A DNA stretch of 64,000 nt from Rhodobacter sp. (GTDB lineage: Bacteria > Pseudomonadota > Alphaproteobacteria > Rhodobacterales > Rhodobacteraceae), in the NCBI GenBank assembly GCA_027489175.1, contig JAIYAE010000014.1:312491-376490 (forward strand). The letters are read 5' to 3'. The notes under the pieces are model-generated. The model made no database searches. It saw nothing but the letters and a program-made list of their open reading frames with translations, and was not told where the DNA came from. The position numbers and the translations under genes were made by a program. Shown here piece by piece: positions 63,072 through 64,000 of this stretch (position 1 is the stretch's first letter; each line of letters begins with the position of its first letter).

Positions 63072-63497
63072 ATGACATCCGAACAAAAGGGCCTGCGCTT
63101 TGCCGCGGCCGTGGCGCTGATCGGCTTCGGCCTGGCCTGCGCCCTTGCGGCCTATCCGCCGCTGTCCGCCCCGACGGCGCTGCTGCTTGATCTGGTCTTC
63201 TGGCCCCTTGATGGGGCCGAAGGGCTGACCACCCCGGAATCCCGCCTTCTGGCCGCAATCCTTGGCGGCATCACCTTCGGCTGGGGCGTGATGATCTGGC
63301 AACTTGCCGGGGCGCCCCTGGCCCGTGACCCTGAAACGATCCGCCCGACAATCCTGACCGCCGTTCTGGCCTGGTTCGGGCTGGACAGCTTTGCGTCGTT
63401 TCTGGCCGGGGCACCGATCAACGTGGCGGCAAACCTGGTCTTCCTGGCCTTGTTCCTGGTGCCCATGCTGCGGGGCCGCCGGGCTTATCCAGCCTGA
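63072..63497 (+). CDS. hypothetical 4-TM membrane protein (141 aa)
   Basis: ATG at 63072 lies 7 nt after GGAGGA. It is divergent from the MmyB-like regulator. The upstream part of ORF 62772..63497 is a non-coding extension. Confidence 0.6.
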   Translation: MTSEQKGLRFAAAVALIGFGLACALAAYPPLSAPTALLLDLVFWPLDGAEGLTTPESRLLAAILGGITFGWGVMIWQLAGAPLARDPETIRPTILTAVLAWFGLDSFASFLAGAPINVAANLVFLALFLVPMLRGRRAYPA

Positions 63498-64000
63498 GTG
63501 TGCGCCAACCAGTCGAGGATCGCCTGCCTGTCCCCGTCCAGCGCGGGGGCAGGCGCACGCATGGAAAGCTCGGGCAGGGTGCTCATCTTGATCGGGTTGC
63601 CCGGGGCGGTGAAGGCTGGCCCGCCGGGCGCGGCTGTCACCGGCAGCACCATGTGCCGCGCCAGAAGCTGCGGGTCCCGCAAGACCTCGGTCATGTCCTG
63701 CACCCGCCCGGTCGGAAGGCCAGCCAGTTCCAGCACCTTGATCCACCGGGCGACCGTCTCGCCCAGCGTCACCGCCTCGATCAACCGTTTCAACAGCGCA
63801 TGGTTCTCGCAGCGCGCTGCATTGCTGGCAAAGCGCGGATCAGCGGCCAGCTCTAGACCCAGAACCTCGCACAGCCGGGCGAACATCGCGTCGTTGCCCG
63901 CTGCGATGACCACAAAGCCATCCTTGGCGCGAAAGGTGGAAAACGGCGTGATCGTGGGATGGCGCGCCCCGGTCCGCCCCGGCGCAACCCCCGTTGTCGC
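63485..64000 (-). CDS. CaiB/BaiF family (class III) CoA-transferase (partial; N-terminus beyond the right edge)
   Basis: The frame stays open to the window edge: ...HPTITPFSTFRAKDGFVVIAAGNDAMFARLCEVLGL...DPRFASNAARCENH..., typical of family III CoA-transferases. Confidence 0.85.
   Translation of the reverse strand, partial: ATTGVAPGRTGARHPTITPFSTFRAKDGFVVIAAGNDAMFARLCEVLGLELAADPRFASNAARCENHALLKRLIEAVTLGETVARWIKVLELAGLPTGRVQDMTEVLRDPQLLARHMVLPVTAAPGGPAFTAPGNPIKMSTLPELSMRAPAPALDGDRQAILDWLAHTQAG

Overview
This is a strongly GC-rich chromosomal segment (roughly two-thirds G+C by eye, not computed). It looks like core genome of an alphaproteobacterium of the Rhodobacterales type, judging from a GapR/DUF2312 gene, the gene order and a very high GC3. 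I call about 69 protein genes and 2 tRNAs (Thr-UGU, Gly-CCC). I saw no rRNA, CRISPR array, transposase, integrase or phage genes.

Gene content from left to right:
- accB-accC.
- A large reductive pyrimidine-catabolism supercluster: preT, dedA, preA, a P-loop kinase, two RutR-like TetR regulators, a beta-alanine aminotransferase, a carbamoyl-beta-alanine amidohydrolase, dihydropyrimidinase, cupins and an NMT1-type ABC importer.
- An XRE/ScfR-like regulator.
- A tightly packed operon: CheY-like receiver, 2-TM mini-protein, solute-symporter-fused histidine kinase and an orphan FliM/FliN-like protein.
- DUF442, DksA/TraR, a FadB-like protein, GapR and an orphan FbpB-like permease.
- tRNA-Thr, followed by TfoX-C, a Gln-rich mini-protein and a CopZ-like gene.
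- The glycogen operon glgP-B-C-A-X-pgm.
- A non-Pyl MttB-family methyltransferase and a lytic transglycosylase.
- coxG-S-L-M of the form-II (AYRGAGR) type, then an HNH endonuclease.
- zwf-pgl-pgi, ridA and tRNA-Gly.
- A VWA protein, a fasciclin protein and a SigK/RskA-like ECF pair.
- An ASKHA corrinoid-reactivase-like gene coupled to a DddW-like cupin.
- An MmyB-like regulator and a partial CaiB-type CoA-transferase.

Most of the window is ordinary metabolism. The items that most deserve a second look are:
1. The receiver / mini-TM / SSS-kinase / FliM-like operon (19275-23603).
2. A family of AT-rich tandem perfect hairpins that fill gene 3' junctions and contain the stop codons (8771, 44344, 53983, 62128).
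3. Several well-supported unannotated mini-ORFs: a 28-aa hydrophobic peptide, a 45-aa acidic peptide next to a cupin, and a 47-aa Gln-rich peptide.
4. A low-GC3 secreted protein translationally wedged into the pyrimidine operon.
5. The SigK/RskA-fasciclin-VWA locus.
6. The corrinoid-reactivase + cupin pair, lying 14 kb from an orphan MttB.

All functional calls come from motif and family recognition by eye. No database search was run.
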